Notes: a model not told the origin generated them from the sequence alone. DNA of 64,000 bases from Sminthopsis crassicaudata (GCF_048593235.1 NC_133619.1:249440454-249504453); one strand, 5' to 3'. Counted from the first letter of the stretch, positions 25,902 to 39,245 are shown. Made by a program: numbers and translations.

Positions 25902-26623
25902 TGTTAGGATTCTTACAAGGTGCTAAGACACTGGAATGGATATAATTATCTAATTTAACATAGTACTTAACAATTCTCTAGTTCAGAGTTCCCACCTTTA
26001 AAGGAGTTCAAACCTTTAAAGGAGTTTGCTCATTGGTCCTTTAAGGAGCTCCCACAAGCCCAGAGAGTACCCACAAACCCATTCTCTGGGAGGATATAAG
26101 GAGCCAAGATTCAGTGCAGTCTGGATTGGGTCAAGGAGAAGACTTCCCTGGAGAACTTCAGAGAAGCTTGAAGAGATTCAGAGCCAGGATTCAGTGGAAT
26201 CACAAGTTCAGCAGATTCACAAGTTTAAAGGAAAAGCCTGCTCATGGACTTCCAGGAGATTCACAACTAGGATTGACTTCTGGGAAACCCACAATCCCAC
26301 ACTCTTGGAGGTGGGGTAATATTTCATTCTCACGTTTACCTTCGTGCTGGCTGGAGACATTGGGGAGGACGAGAGCTCTTGGAAACCAAAGAGAGAGGAA
26401 GACCTCCAGAAAGCTAGCCGAGCCCCCAAGTGAAGGAGACAAGACTTGAAGGAGAAAATAAAGGACCTGGAGATAAGATTTGGAAAGAGACAGTAAAGGA
26501 CTTTAACTCCTGGCTGCATTTTGGGATTATTGAACTGAATAAAAAGGAAGGATGCCTTCCAGAAGCTCCCCCAAGAGATCTGCACCCAGAGAACGATGAC
26601 ATCTAGAGAAACAGAACATTACA
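25902..26623 (+). mobile_element. Solo LTR, 722 bp
   Basis: TG...CA termini and a perfect 6-bp TSD CCTAGG (25896-25901 / 26624-26629). TATA-like GATATAAG near 26093, AATAAA near 26457, three U3 repeats 'cctttaa(a)ggag'. Confidence 0.9.
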
Positions 26624-26679
26624 CCTAGGAGAGCAATTTCTGCTTCCTAATGTTTGAGATACAGCATTTGAGGTGTAGA

Positions 26680-28200
26680 CACCAAATGTTGGGGTTTGGT
26701 CCTATGAAGAATTCACAATAGTCATTTTCTTTGGCAAATGGTAGGTTTATTTAGGAGAAAAATTTACCAACAAAATGAAGAGATAGAATAGACACCAGGA
26801 ATGATAAATATGAAATAAAGTTGGGAGAGCATATAGTAAGCAAAGAAAGGGGTTTTAACAACAATGAAAAAGAGAAATTGCCTAATGTAAATCACAATTA
26901 ACCAGGAGAAAAGGAACATCCCATGAGGTTGGAGTATTTCCTTAGACAACATGAGAGGAGGTGTGGGGGATGAAAGGAGAGACACCCTGAGGCATAGTGG
27001 GGAAGGGAGACATCAGGAGGCAGATCTCTGGACAAATTTATAGGGAAATTTAACCTCAGGAATTTGATATAACTCAGGATTTCTGACTGGACATAGCAAG
27101 GTGGGACTACCTACTAGCTCCATAGAGGTTGGGACTATAGGATTGAACTGATCCCCATCAGCACCTTTCCCTGCTTGCCTCAGAGAGTAATTTTATCAGT
27201 ACTTCAGACTTTCAGACAACCCCAATTGTTTCAGACAACTGCTATTAATGGCTCATTTGTTCAAAGATTAAAGTTTTATGTGATCTGAGTTCAGATTGGA
27301 GAAATCCAGGTCAGTTTCTATCTGTAAATTCAGTTCTCCCAGTAAAAAGGACAACAGAAATAGGGCCAACATCCTCAATGAGTCCTAGAATCAATATATG
27401 AATGCATCTTAATATCCTAATTCAATCTTTACCACCTCCAAGAACAGGGCAGTTAAAATGGCAGAATTGGTAATTGTGTAAAGCTTAAACCTTTATTTCC
27501 AGAGGTTCACAGACTCTCTTCTTAACAAATGTTCACCCTAAACCTCCTACTCTACATCATCCCTATTCTCCTAGCAGTAGCCTTACACTCATCAAAGGCA
27601 AAGTACTTGACTACATGCAATTCTGAAAAGGACCAAACATTGTAGTGATTTGTGTTTGAATGGACTAGATTCCTGGTGTTCTAGAAGTTAGTGGCTATAA
27701 GAGAGTTGTGAAGAATCCCGTTGTGAAGAATCCCCTTTAAATCAGCTGCAGGTTTTAGGAGTGAAAGAATTCACTCATTCCTGAATTATTAGTTGCAAAA
27801 TGAAAGTTTATTGTTAGATAGAAATCAGTTTACCAAGACACTGACTTCTATAGTGGCAGATCTATGGGAAAATGGAATTTTGCACTGAGAATGCAGTTCT
27901 CAGTAGACAGAAAGTCCTGGCAGCTGAGTGAGCTACCGGGGTCTGTCTGCAAATGGCCTTCGTTGATGGAAGCTATTATATTGGGTGTCTTGATGGGGGG
28001 TGGGACAGCCCGAGAAGGTCAAACCCAGTGAGGCTGGGACAACTTGGATCTCCTATTGGAATGAACACTTCAAAGGGGTGTTTGACCAGGATCTCTAATT
28101 GAATCCCAGGCCCTGGCATCCTGGAAAGATAACTTATCTGGAGAGTAAGTATATGCCTTCCCCAGGAATGGTTGAGATTCTGAAAGATTCTGATCTGTGA
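26680..28200 (-). mobile_element. Further LTR fragments
   Basis: TG/CA-bounded LTR-like blocks (about 26684-27160 and 27705-28130) with reverse-strand TTTATT signals. TSDs not confirmed. Confidence 0.45.
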
Positions 28201-28599
28201 TCAATAGGGCTGGCAGAAGATATATTTTTTTTTTCCTAGAAAAGCTATTTACAGATCAGGCCTTACAGGGATAATGGATAGAAACTAGATCAAGTACTAG
28301 TTGACAAATCGGGGCTGATTTGCATAGGTAAAGTGAGAACTTCTTCCAGAAGTTGATACTAATAAATCAGTTTCTATTAAAACTACACTTTTGAAAACAA
28401 TGTTGCAACTCCTAAGGTCATACAACTAGATAGTAACCGGCAGCTTGTGATTCGAAAAACAAGGTGCTCTTTTAATTGCATTACACAGGATTTTAAATTC
28501 AGCTGTAGGTCTGCCTCAAGCCTATCCTTCATTCCAATAGATCTAGGATTCTGATTCATTTTTGTGCCATATAGACTCGCTTTGATAGACTGGTGAGGC

Positions 28600-29470
28600 A
28601 ATAGACTTCCGGGATCATGCTATTTAAACTCATCAATTAACTACTAGGACTGCAAATCAATTCCCAGACGCCAGGCCAAGAATTCCAGCAGGAGATAAAA
28701 GTGTTTCGGCCCGTAGCCCTCGACTTGCTCCCTATCCCAGCTCCCACACCCTCCTGCGGCTTCGGGAGGAAGCTGAACCCGAGGCTAGCGAGGCCGAAAC
28801 CCGGTGTCCTGAGCCTCGGCCTAGGCGTCTCAGTCTTCTTGCAGAAGGGCGTCCCTTATCACTGAGATCATAGTAGGTGGGGGAACCTGTGACGGCCAGC
28901 CTTCGAGCCAGGATCCAGACAAAAGAGGGTGGGACCTTCGGACTCTAGGCCGCAGGAAAGGCGTAGTATTCGGGCGCCGATCGCGCATGCGCGGCGGGAA
29001 AGGACGGAAGGGGCTTGCACAATTTCGTCACCGCCTCGTAGCCCGACCGGAGCTCACGCTGTAGCGAGGAGTCGCCGCCGGAAGTAGCAGGTAAGCCATC
29101 ACCGGAAAAAGAATTTTAAAAATCTGGATACTATTTTATCCACGTTAATATGCTCCCTAACACTTTGCGCGGGCCGCCCAGTGCCCATCAGCTTCCCTGG
29201 GATCTTTCGGGCATGGCGCAAGGAGTCACAGGGGTGTCTCTTCTTGGGATCCGGACCCGAAATCCATCGGAGGCAAAAAAGTGGTTGAATGTCAGAGTAA
29301 TTGTCAGGAGTGCTGAGAACACAAGGGCTTTGTGCAGAGGAACTTTATCCGCCTTGTTCTATCATCCCCAGTGCCCTGCATCATTCTGATTAGTGTTGGG
29401 ATTGATTGGCGGAGGCGGAGCCTGAGGCTCATTCCCCGAGCCTCCCCTGGATGGGAGGAGGGAGGAGGAA
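28600..29470. promoter_or_regulatory. CpG island, LIPT1 promoter (possibly shared with a TSGA10 antisense start)
   Basis: CpG-rich. NRF1 palindrome GCGCATGCGC at 28983-28992; ETS/GABPA CCGGAAGT at 29078-29085. Confidence 0.85.
29000..29090 (+). other. LIPT1: LIPT1 non-coding exon 1 (5' end approximate)
   Basis: Consensus donor CAG|GTAAGC at 29090/29091 in the CpG island. It pairs with the acceptor at 31170. Confidence 0.65.
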
Positions 29471-31171
29471 AGAAGACCACGTGGATTACCAAGAGTTAAA
29501 GAGTATGGGAAAATTCCTGGCATTTAACTTCCTAAATACCTCTAAAACCGACAATTATAACCAAATAACAATTACAGGAGAGAGACTGGAACGACCAGGT
29601 GTCATTGAATTATCGTAGTAATTATTGAAATATTCTGAGGCTCAAGAGGTTGTGACTTGACTATAGCCAGTTGGTTAAGCACTATGATCGCTCTGACCTC
29701 GAGCCCCATTTACTACACACGTTAATGTGCTGAAATTAATCAAATTTTAATAAGGAGAAAGTTATTTGGAGTTGTATTAATAGTTGGAAAGTAGACAATT
29801 TAATACAAGTGCCTTTTCTGTAAACGCTACACATAGCCTATGTTTTCAGTTATATATTAGATTTGGGGATGGAATGGGTCATCCAAAATTGTAGTTCAAA
29901 TTATTCATTGCAACCAATAGTTTCAGCATCTTACTACCCGACCAATCATCGGCTTTATTAACAATTGGATTGCATAATTATGTCAGAGAAAAATTTTGTA
30001 CTAACTGCCATATCATTTAGCACAGTTCTTCATGGTTTTCTCTATACAGTGGTCCCCCAGAGGAATGCAGATTAATTTTATTCTAGATAAAATTATAATC
30101 ATGGCTAAGATTGTCTAATTGAAACTACATAAATAATTCCTACATGACCAAAAGTTCACCACAGATGAATTAACTTTTTCCTTAAAAAAAAAAAAATGCA
30201 ACTTATTTTCTACATTTGTGATTCGAACAGTTGTTAGCTTGGATTTCTTTCTTTGAATTGCCTGTTTATATGTATTGGAAAACAACATATTAATATAATG
30301 TAACATAATAATGTTATATAAAAAGTTTTATAATTTTGAGTCAGTTTCTTACTTGACTTGAGAACTTTATCAGGGGTTGATAAAACCTTTGCAAAGATTT
30401 CTCCTGTTATGTGGTTCCTTCTTCATCTTAATGGCAGTTTTGTGCAAAACCTTTTAAATTTTATACAATTAAAACTACCATTTTATCTTCTTTGATGCTA
30501 TCACTCATTTAGTTATAAACTCTTCCCTAGAATTTTGTTGAAAATTTTTTATTTCTATAGAATCATCCTTTGATACTTTGATGAAGGCACTAAAATAGAT
30601 CATTTTAAGTAGTATTGTCATTTTTATTTTATTAACTTGACCAGAGCAATTAATTTCTCCAAAAATTTTTGTCTATAAAATTTCAGTTAATAGTTCTTGA
30701 ATAATCTTGATAGATATATTTCTAAATATTTTATATTATATAGCTATTTTTATAGAATTTCTCCTTCCAGATATTCCTATTGGGTTTTGTTATTATTGTA
30801 AAGAAATGCAAGAGTGCTAATGATTTAGGTGGATTCGTTTTATATCCTGCAGATCTGATGAACTTGTAAATTATTTCTTAGTTATTTTATTTTAAAATTA
30901 AATACAAAATAGGAAAAAAATTCCCACATGTACACCAGAACATGAGGGTTCAAAATATAAAGCAATAAATTTCTATTTCAATAAAGCCAATATAATAAAT
31001 GCTTTTAAAAAAGGCAACTAAATTTTTATTTTCAATTTTCATAAATATTTTACCATACAAAGAGACTTGTATAAAAACTGGATTTCTGTTACGTACACTT
31101 TGTATTTTAAGTAATTGTATGTAAAATTTTATCATAGTAATAAAACTGCTCTTTCCTCCATTTTTAAAAGC

Positions 31172-32293
31172 ATGCTGATCCCATTCTCTATGAAGAATTG
31201 CTTCCAGTTACTTTATATCTTCAAAGTCCCAATAGCTGGTTTAAAAAATGCAGCAAAAGGTGGGCTCGTTTTACAATCAACCTCTAACAATATTTACCAA
31301 AATCTGGCTGTGGAAGATTGGATCCATGATCATATGAACTTAGAAGGCAAGCCTGTTCTTTTCCTTTGGAGAAATTCCCCTACTGTTGTAATTGGCAGGC
31401 ATCAGAATCCCTGGCAAGAATGTAACCTAAATCTAATGAGAGAAAAGAGCATAAAATTGGCTCGGAGAAGAAGTGGAGGAGGAACAGTATACCATGATAT
31501 GGGTAATATCAACCTGACTTTCTTCACAACTAAGACAAAGTATAATAGAATGGAAAATCTGAAACTGGTTATTAGAGCACTAAATGCTGTCCAACCACAA
31601 TTGGATGTCCAAGCTACTGACAGATTTGACCTTCTACTAGAGGGACAGTTTAAAATCTCAGGAACAGCTTCTAAGATTGGACGGACTGCTGCTTATCACC
31701 ACTGCACATTATTGTGTAGTACAGATAGGATTGCTTTATCTTCTGTGCTGAAGAGTCCTTACCATGGGATTAAGAGTAATGCTACTCCTAGTGTGCCTTC
31801 CTTGGTGAAAAATCTTTTAGAAAACAACAATACTTTAACTTGTGAGGTATTGATGGAATCTATTGCAGCAGAGTTTGCTGCTTATCATCAAATTGATAGC
31901 AACATTATTCTAATAAGTCCATCAGATGAGATAATGTTCCCAGGGATAAAAAGAAAAGCAGAAGAACTACAAACTTGGGAATGGATATATGGCAAAACGC
32001 CCAAGTTTAGTGTAAATACTTCTCTTAATTTGTTAAGTGAACAATCATGTTCTGAAATGAAAATATATGTAGATGTAAAAAATGGAAGAATTGAAGACTG
32101 CAATATTGATGCACCTGGTCACTGGTTACCAAAGGAAATGCTTGACAAACTAAAAACAAGCTTTATTGGCAATAAATTTTGCCACAGTGAAGCCACAATG
32201 CTATTAAATGCATTACTTAGAACATGTCCAAAAGACCATGAACTATACAGCAAATGGCATCTTCTTTGTGAAAAAGTTAAGACAATAATGTAA
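31172..32293 (+). CDS. LIPT1: Lipoyltransferase 1, mitochondrial (373 aa, single coding exon)
   Basis: [14 protein letters not shown] start; LplA/LIPT motifs [40 protein letters not shown]. Acceptor AAAG| at 31170, one base before the ATG. Confidence 0.98.
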   Translation: MLIPFSMKNCFQLLYIFKVPIAGLKNAAKGGLVLQSTSNNIYQNLAVEDWIHDHMNLEGKPVLFLWRNSPTVVIGRHQNPWQECNLNLMREKSIKLARRRSGGGTVYHDMGNINLTFFTTKTKYNRMENLKLVIRALNAVQPQLDVQATDRFDLLLEGQFKISGTASKIGRTAAYHHCTLLCSTDRIALSSVLKSPYHGIKSNATPSVPSLVKNLLENNNTLTCEVLMESIAAEFAAYHQIDSNIILISPSDEIMFPGIKRKAEELQTWEWIYGKTPKFSVNTSLNLLSEQSCSEMKIYVDVKNGRIEDCNIDAPGHWLPKEMLDKLKTSFIGNKFCHSEATMLLNALLRTCPKDHELYSKWHLLCEKVKTIM

Positions 32294-33019
32294 TTCAAGA
32301 AAACAGTGATTACTTTTTGTAATGATGACAATGTTGGTACAGTAAAATTTAATAGCATATTCCATTCTATATGTATTTCTTAAAAATCTAATTTTTGGAA
32401 CAGAAAGAGAAGTCAGAATTAGTAAAATGCTGATTTTAATTTAGTACTCTTTACTTTGCTTTAGACAGAAGCTTCTGAAGCTGTGGATTCTGACCTTTCT
32501 TGAAATCTTGAAAAATCATCAATAGTAAAAGGTTTCTGAATGCTCTACATCCTACAGTATCAAATATTCCCTCCAATTTAATTCTTTATATAAAAATGAA
32601 CAAGCACATTGATCTTATCAGTATGAAAATTTGCTCTCAAAGAATTGTTTTAAAATAAATTTCTTTATATTAATTTATTATCAGTAAATTATTTTTTACC
32701 TCTATATACCTTTATATATGTAAAAGTTTCCTGGGTGAAAAGGGGTCACAAACAAAAAAGTTTTAAAAGCCCTGCTTTAAACTATACAAGTTACTTTAGG
32801 TAACATTTTTAAACCAATGATGATGCTAGAGAAGAAACAATGTCAGTCATATTAAATTGCATGTTAATAAAACAAAACAGTATCCAAACCAATAGAAATA
32901 TAAAATTAAATTTACTATTTTACATTTTCATTTACAGGAATGATTACTGTATAAAAAATGTCTAAAATTCAATATTCATTTAAAATATACTTTTAAAACA
33001 TGAGGTCAGAGATAAATCA

Positions 33020-33115
<96 letters not shown>

Positions 33116-33192
33116 CTAAGGAAAAAAAAGAGAATTTGTTATTAATGGCATATAATTATGTCATTCATTACTAAGAGAAGACTATGTCCTAC

Positions 33193-33253
33193 CTGTGGTT
33201 TCTTAAAATAATCAAGTCCCCTTCCAATCTTAATCATCCATCCATTGTTGAAC
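33193..33253 (-). CDS. MITD1: MITD1 exon 6 ([20 protein letters not shown])
   Basis: AG/GT bounded, 61 nt, phases consistent with neighbouring exons. Confidence 0.95.
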
Positions 33254-34506
33254 CTATTGAAATTAGAAATGTAAATGTATAAACACAAAGGTTAAATGAA
33301 AAATTTTAAAGTGATTGTGCCTATTTCCTCTAGCCAAGGGAAGTCTCTTACTTGATCAGGTGTATGGGAGTGGAAGCAACACCAGGTTTAATCTTGGACT
33401 GTGTCTATATAAAGGGATAAGCTGCAAAAAAAATTAGTTGTTTGGATGAGCTGGCAAATATCATAACAGTTTAGCTAAGTGAACCACTGAATTTAAGCCT
33501 GTTGTCAATATGGTACTGTTCTGCCAAACTAAACTGAATCTTTCACTGGATTCAGTAAGGGCAACTTGTTTTGACAACTTAAAACATCAGCCATACGCTT
33601 TCATATATTGTGTTATTATGACCTGAATGAGAAGTGACCCCCCATTTCCAATTGAGCCTATCTTCCTTATTATCTTGCTCATTGTTCTTCTGCCATCTTA
33701 CCATACTATACTATGACCCCCCTCAAAAACTGATTCAATACATTTGGAGTTAATTAATGAGAACAATCCTTTTCTGTATAAACAAAGGTTATCTTTCAAC
33801 TTAATACCAGAGAGAAAAAAGTTATAGCTATTCCAAAAGATCTCATGATACAAGATTCATATGGGAATGTGTTCAAACTGAGATATGGGTGAGACTTATC
33901 AATCATTCCAAAGTGAATTAATAATAAAAATAACATGTCTATATTCAACTCTTAAACTCTAGTTATTGGGACAGTAATCTGGTAAGCATATATTTGTTTT
34001 AAAGAGGTCAAAAAAGGTCTAAATTAGAAAATAGCATTTTAAAAAATACTGTTGATATGGCCCAGGCCATTTCATTTTAAAAACTAATAATCCAAACTGA
34101 TTTAACACATCAATAAACTATTAAGTGTTGTATACTTGAAGTATGAAATTATCATAATAATCATATCACTACTTGTAATGATTTGGTGAATGAGAAAAAC
34201 AGTCCTTTGTATGTGTTGTGTATGAATGAGTATACATATATAAGCTATATCTTGTCCATTAGGAAACCATAAACTTACATATGTCATGAAATGAATCAAC
34301 TCTTCCTTTTTTTAAAAAACCATGAGAACAGTAAAATTTAGTTATGTTTAAATTTGTAATCATTAAACCCCCAAATTATTCATTTTATAAAATTATGCAA
34401 AAATTAGTGAGAAGGAAAAAGATTATCTTTAGTTTTTAATATCTGGATGTTTTATTTATATATATGTATGTATATATGGCTTAAAAATGAAAAATTTGAC
34501 ACCAAC

Positions 34507-34622
34507 CTAATTTCTCGATCGTGAATTGAAGAAGAGAATTGTATTTCCAGCTCTATTCCATGTTTACTAAGTGACTCTCTTATTTCTTCCAGGCCACTGG
34601 TCTGCTGACTATTCCCAATGCC
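34507..34622 (-). CDS. MITD1: MITD1 exon 5 ([39 protein letters not shown])
   Basis: AACAG| acceptor, AG|GTTGGT donor, 116 nt; contains IHDRE. Confidence 0.93.
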
Positions 34623-34660
34623 CTGTTAACAGCAAATATATATATATACATACATGCATG

Positions 34661-34663
<3 letters not shown>

Positions 34664-34693
<30 letters not shown>
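34664..34693. repeat. (AC)15 microsatellite
   Basis: Read directly; reads (UG)n in MITD1 pre-mRNA. Confidence 0.95.
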
Positions 34694-34695
<2 letters not shown>

Positions 34696-35579
34696 AATAT
34701 GTATACACACTATATTTTTCTTTTCTCTAATTCTGACTTTTGTATGTACAGTGTAGATGACTGAAAGGCAGTTGTATTAAAATGTGTATTAAAAAAACAA
34801 GGAACAATAATGTATTTTAAATAATTTCCCTTTCCAGTGTTAACAAGAACTCAACCTTGTTTACAATTTTGTAACACATATAGTCATACAAATGGAAGTG
34901 GAGAAAATGTAGAACTTGCAATTAACAATCCATATAAGACAATTACTAACCATGTCACTCCAGACAACTCACTTAATCTCTTTAAGCCTCAATTTTTCCA
35001 TCAAAAAATGGACATCATAACAGCAACTAACTCTCATGCTTGTTATAAGAATAATCTAAATGAACGGAGCAGCAAATCTTAAGTCAATATAAATTGCTAT
35101 TCCATCTTAGGAAATTAACCAATATATGTCATCAGAAATACAACTAGATGTAATTTGCTTTATGTCAGTCGTTCCTGTTATATAAGCTTATTTCTAAAGA
35201 AAACAGCATAAATTGGAACACAAGGTTTTGCAAAGGTAAATGTTGAAATCTATCATTGCATGTATTTTAAAAATAAAAAGCTATTATTAAAAACAAAAAA
35301 AAAAATTAAGAAAGCAGCATGATTGAACACGGTGGTTTTGAAGATTGAAGGCTTAAAGTTCATTAAGATTCTAGATTCATATCTGCGACTGAGACCCACT
35401 GAGTTTCCTCTCAGGGACTCGTGTGTAAAGTGAGGAGACTAGACTAGATTGTTTCTAAGATAATTTACAGCTTTATGAATCTAGTCCATTTTTACAGAAA
35501 ATGTTACATTTGTTCCCTTGATTGTGCTATATTTTATAACTAGTTAAATAAGGGAAGCTTAAAATATTTGAATACTTAC

Positions 35580-35666
35580 TTTATCCAAAGAAGTAAGAAG
35601 ATGAATAGTTTTCACTTTACATGGCTGCTTAACAAGCATCTCACAGAATCGAAGAAAGTTGTATAG
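35580..35666 (-). CDS. MITD1: MITD1 exon 4 ([29 protein letters not shown])
   Basis: TTTTAG| acceptor, |GTAAGT donor, 87 nt. Confidence 0.93.
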
Positions 35667-35749
35667 CTAAAAGATACCAATAATAAAATTTTGCTAGCCA
35701 GCAAAACAAGTATCATTACATTTTTGTTTCTAAGTTATATTTCACTTGC

Positions 35750-35886
35750 CTGGTGAGTTTGCCTAATATAAGGATCTTCTATCCAGACTTCAGTAACAGC
35801 TGCATTAAGATATTGTTGAAAAAGTGATTCATAACTAAAGCCCGTTGCATTGTCTTCTATTTTAATTTGCTTGTGGTATTTTCCAT
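35750..35886 (-). CDS. MITD1: MITD1 exon 3 ([22 protein letters not shown]...[12 protein letters not shown])
   Basis: TCAG| acceptor, non-canonical CAG|GCAAGT donor, 137 nt; contains DPYI. Confidence 0.92.
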
Positions 35887-35904
35887 CTGACAAAACATAT
35901 TAAG

Positions 35905-37450
35905 TTCAGTAAATATTTTAGTACTTTGTTCAAGAAAGACACTTTGTTAGGTTGTGGTGGGGGAGATATAGAATTTAGAGAGAAACAAAATTCCAGCTCT
36001 CCTGGAGATTATAATCTGGTAGTAAGACAGAGAAAGACACTTTGGTAATTTCAAAGATCAGTAATTTCATTGGTACCATCAACACAGATCACTACCTCTT
36101 GACATTTTAGTAGGTGTTTTTGAGCTATTATTGCCAAAAAACTGATCATCCTAAGGTCAATATAATGATGATAATTGCAGTTAGTGATATATGTTGTTAA
36201 GAAGTATACGTGGGGTAAGAGCAGGAAAACTTTCCTAGAGGAGGTGACATTTCATTTGAATTTTATAACTAGTAAGGGGAGAATCTGTGAGTGAATTTTA
36301 GGAATCAGGAGTCTTGTGAAAAATGCTCAGAGGCAAGAATGCACAATAAATTCAAGAGACACAATAGCTTATCCAGTTGTACAATTTCCTGGAATATAGC
36401 ATCTATAATAATAGCACAATGCTTGAAAAGTTGCAGTGGTGCCTGGTGAGGTTGAAGAGTTGGAATTTGATTTGGAAGACAATAGGATACAATAGTATCT
36501 TAGAAACAATCTAGTCTAGTCCCCTCACTGAGTAAAGGAATGATAGGGCCAAGGCAGATGTCATGTAGAGGTAACAAGGGCAGTTTAAAAATGGGAAGAG
36601 CTAGAGACTGAAAGACCCTTTCTGGAAGCTATTATAATTGGGCAAGGGACTGATACTGAAGTCTTAGAATAGCTGTGTCAATAAGGAGGTGAGGTAGATG
36701 CTAAAGGTAGAATTAACAAGTCTTATTTGGTAAAACTAAGAAATGAAGTTATAGGAAAGATAGGAAGATCACCAAAGGTTCACCAATGAATGGTAACATT
36801 AAAAAAACTAAGTTTTCAGAGAGAAAGAGAATTTTAAATATACTGCTCTTAGATAATGAGTTTTAAAGTACTAGAGGTAGCAGCCAAATGGAAGTATGCT
36901 ACAAGCAGTAATGCAAGGCTGAAACTTGAGACTTCATGAGATTAGAGCAGGACCTACAGATTTCAGCGTTATCTATTAAGCCATGAATGCAAATAACAAG
37001 AAAGAGGGGGGAAAAAAAACAACCAATGACAGAACTTTGTGAGATACTCACCTTATGAAGAAAAAAAAGCTATGGAAGAATGATTAGAAGAGAACTGGAG
37101 TGCCAAGTGTCAAAGCTGGGGAAAGCCCAAGTATCCACAAGGAGCTGATAAATCAGTGTCAAATACTAGAGAAAGATCAGGGAAAATGAACACCAAAAAA
37201 AAAAAACAAACAAAAAAGCTTTTGAATTTGACAGAAGGCAATTTCTGACTTTTGAGAATTCAATTTCAAAGAAGTGGTAGGGACAAAAAAAAAACAAAAC
37301 AAAACAAAAAAAAAAAACCAAACCAGACTGCAGAGGATTCATGAGAAAGCAGGTGTTAAGGAAGTAGAGACATTTGGTTTAAACAGATTTCAAGAAAAGG
37401 AAGAAAATGTCATAATAGTATCAGATAGCCCAGAAAGGTCAAGGCAAAGG
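35905..37450 (-). mobile_element. L2 LINE remnant
   Basis: Reverse L2 tail near 35905 followed by a purine-rich degenerate body. Confidence 0.45.
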
Positions 37451-38351
37451 ATTGGGAAAACAAAACATATACCTAAATGGTTTAATTGATGGTTAACAAA
37501 CACTCCTTTAATTAATGGTGAAAATACTGAAAACAATCACATATAAATTAATAGTAGCACAATATAGATAGTTTCATGATTCTGATATTTTAAACAAATT
37601 TTAGGGTGCTCTCCTCAGCTGGGTTCTTACAAGTTATTTATAAAGTTGTCTGATAATTATCTGCTGTCATTTTTTCTTGGCTCAGCAGAACCATAATTCC
37701 TATTAAATCCTGGTTATTCTCTTTAGAAGTTAAACCCTATTAGTTCTACAATTTTAGACATGGATGGAGTATGATATATTTACTATTGTATTTTATGTTG
37801 CTTTCAAGTCTGCTTTAAGCCCTGTAAAAGCTGATTTTAATTAGAGAAACCAGTCTTGGAAATCCTAACAACTTCTCTTCATCAATCCTATTAACTCAAT
37901 TTAATTATCTCTTATAATTTCAGTTTGTTTCATTTTGATCTTGATATCCCTAATATTTAGTCCAGTGTATGAGATACAATAAATAAATATTAATGAATGA
38001 TTCAAAAATCTTTTTTTTTAATGTCATAATATATAGTTACTCCCCAGTTTATAAAAAAGCTATGCCCTATAACTTGGTTCAAGTCATGTTTTTGGATGTG
38101 TGTAGAATATACTTGAGTGCATTTTCATATAGAAGTAAGATTATGACAAATTCCTAGTCCAGCAAGGCCTCTCGAAAGATTTAGTTCATTATTTAAGTTG
38201 TTTAACTATTATTAGCTAATTAAGTATTTTCAAGAGTTTGGTAACAAATAGATTAAGTATTAATAATCTCCATAATAAGAAATTTTCAATGGCAAAATGT
38301 ATTCTTAGTTATAGCTGTAACCCCATCTCAGCTCCTATCTATTCTATAAGG

Positions 38352-38544
38352 TCCAATTTCTTAAACTATGGCTTGAGGCTGCATATGGGGTCTTGTAACT
38401 GAACATGAGAGTTGTGAAATTATGATTTATTATCAGTAAACGTTTTGATTTGTATACCTATTTTAAATATTTAGATATTTGGGGTCACTTAAAAATTTCT
38501 TCAGTGAAAAGAGATCACAAAGGGGAAAAGTTTAAGAAGCCCAG
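38352..38544. mobile_element. Non-autonomous hAT/Charlie-type DNA transposon relic
   Basis: Imperfect TIRs (...ttcttaaac / gtttaagaagcccag) and a degenerate 8-bp TSD ctataagg / ctatagag. Related fragments at about 32670-32775 and 47370-47490. Confidence 0.6.
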
Positions 38545-39245
38545 CTATAGAGGTTTGCCTTCTTCAAACTAAACTGGCATCGTTGAGGAGGAGCTAAAAA
38601 AGATGATGTGGTACAGCTGATTAGTGAAACCTTTGGAACCCAGTATTAGGATTTAGCAGAAAAGATAGGGAAAGTCCCCCATGAACAAAAATCATAGCAA
38701 TAGGAAAGGAGACAAATATGGATTATTTCTTAGAATTCTTCCTTTAGAAGAATAGTCAGAGACATAGGTAGAGTTGAGCTAAAGTATGAACACCAGGATA
38801 TTTTGTCTTTTTATTTTGGTCTTGTTTTTTGCAAAATGTATTAGGAAGAGTCAATGATACAGAGGAAGATCTAGAGAAGGCTTGCTATAGGCAAAAATAA
38901 TTACTTATATCTGTGTAACATTTAATGATTTATAAAGTGCTTTACTAAAGGAAGGAGAAAAGAAAAAAACATTCAGTTCATTTATAAACCATAGGGATCA
39001 AGAAATCTCTGCAAGGTTGACACAGAAGCTCATTTAGGTATTCTTGTACTGATAATTTAATAAAGGACACTATAGCAAAACACACAACACTGATTTTATA
39101 TAAAAGTTTGTTCTTGAGGAAGGAGGATGACAACAAAATTTTATGAGATCCCATAAAATCTTTCAAAGTAAGTGGAGATCTAGTCATAGAGGACTTGGTA
39201 TACTATTTATTTTTTACAATTGGTTTTTGAAAGTATATTTCTTAC

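Noticed and set aside
26026-26602. Several 60-120 aa ORFs on both strands
   Set aside because: All lie inside a solo LTR; none resembles gag, pol or env.
27705-27734. Perfect 15-bp tandem duplication GTTGTGAAGAATCCC x2
   Set aside because: Only two adjacent units at an LTR edge, with no spacers; not an array.
31115-31171. 19-aa N-terminal extension of LIPT1 in the ORF track
   Set aside because: Lies upstream of the splice acceptor at 31170, so it is intronic; the true start is 31172.
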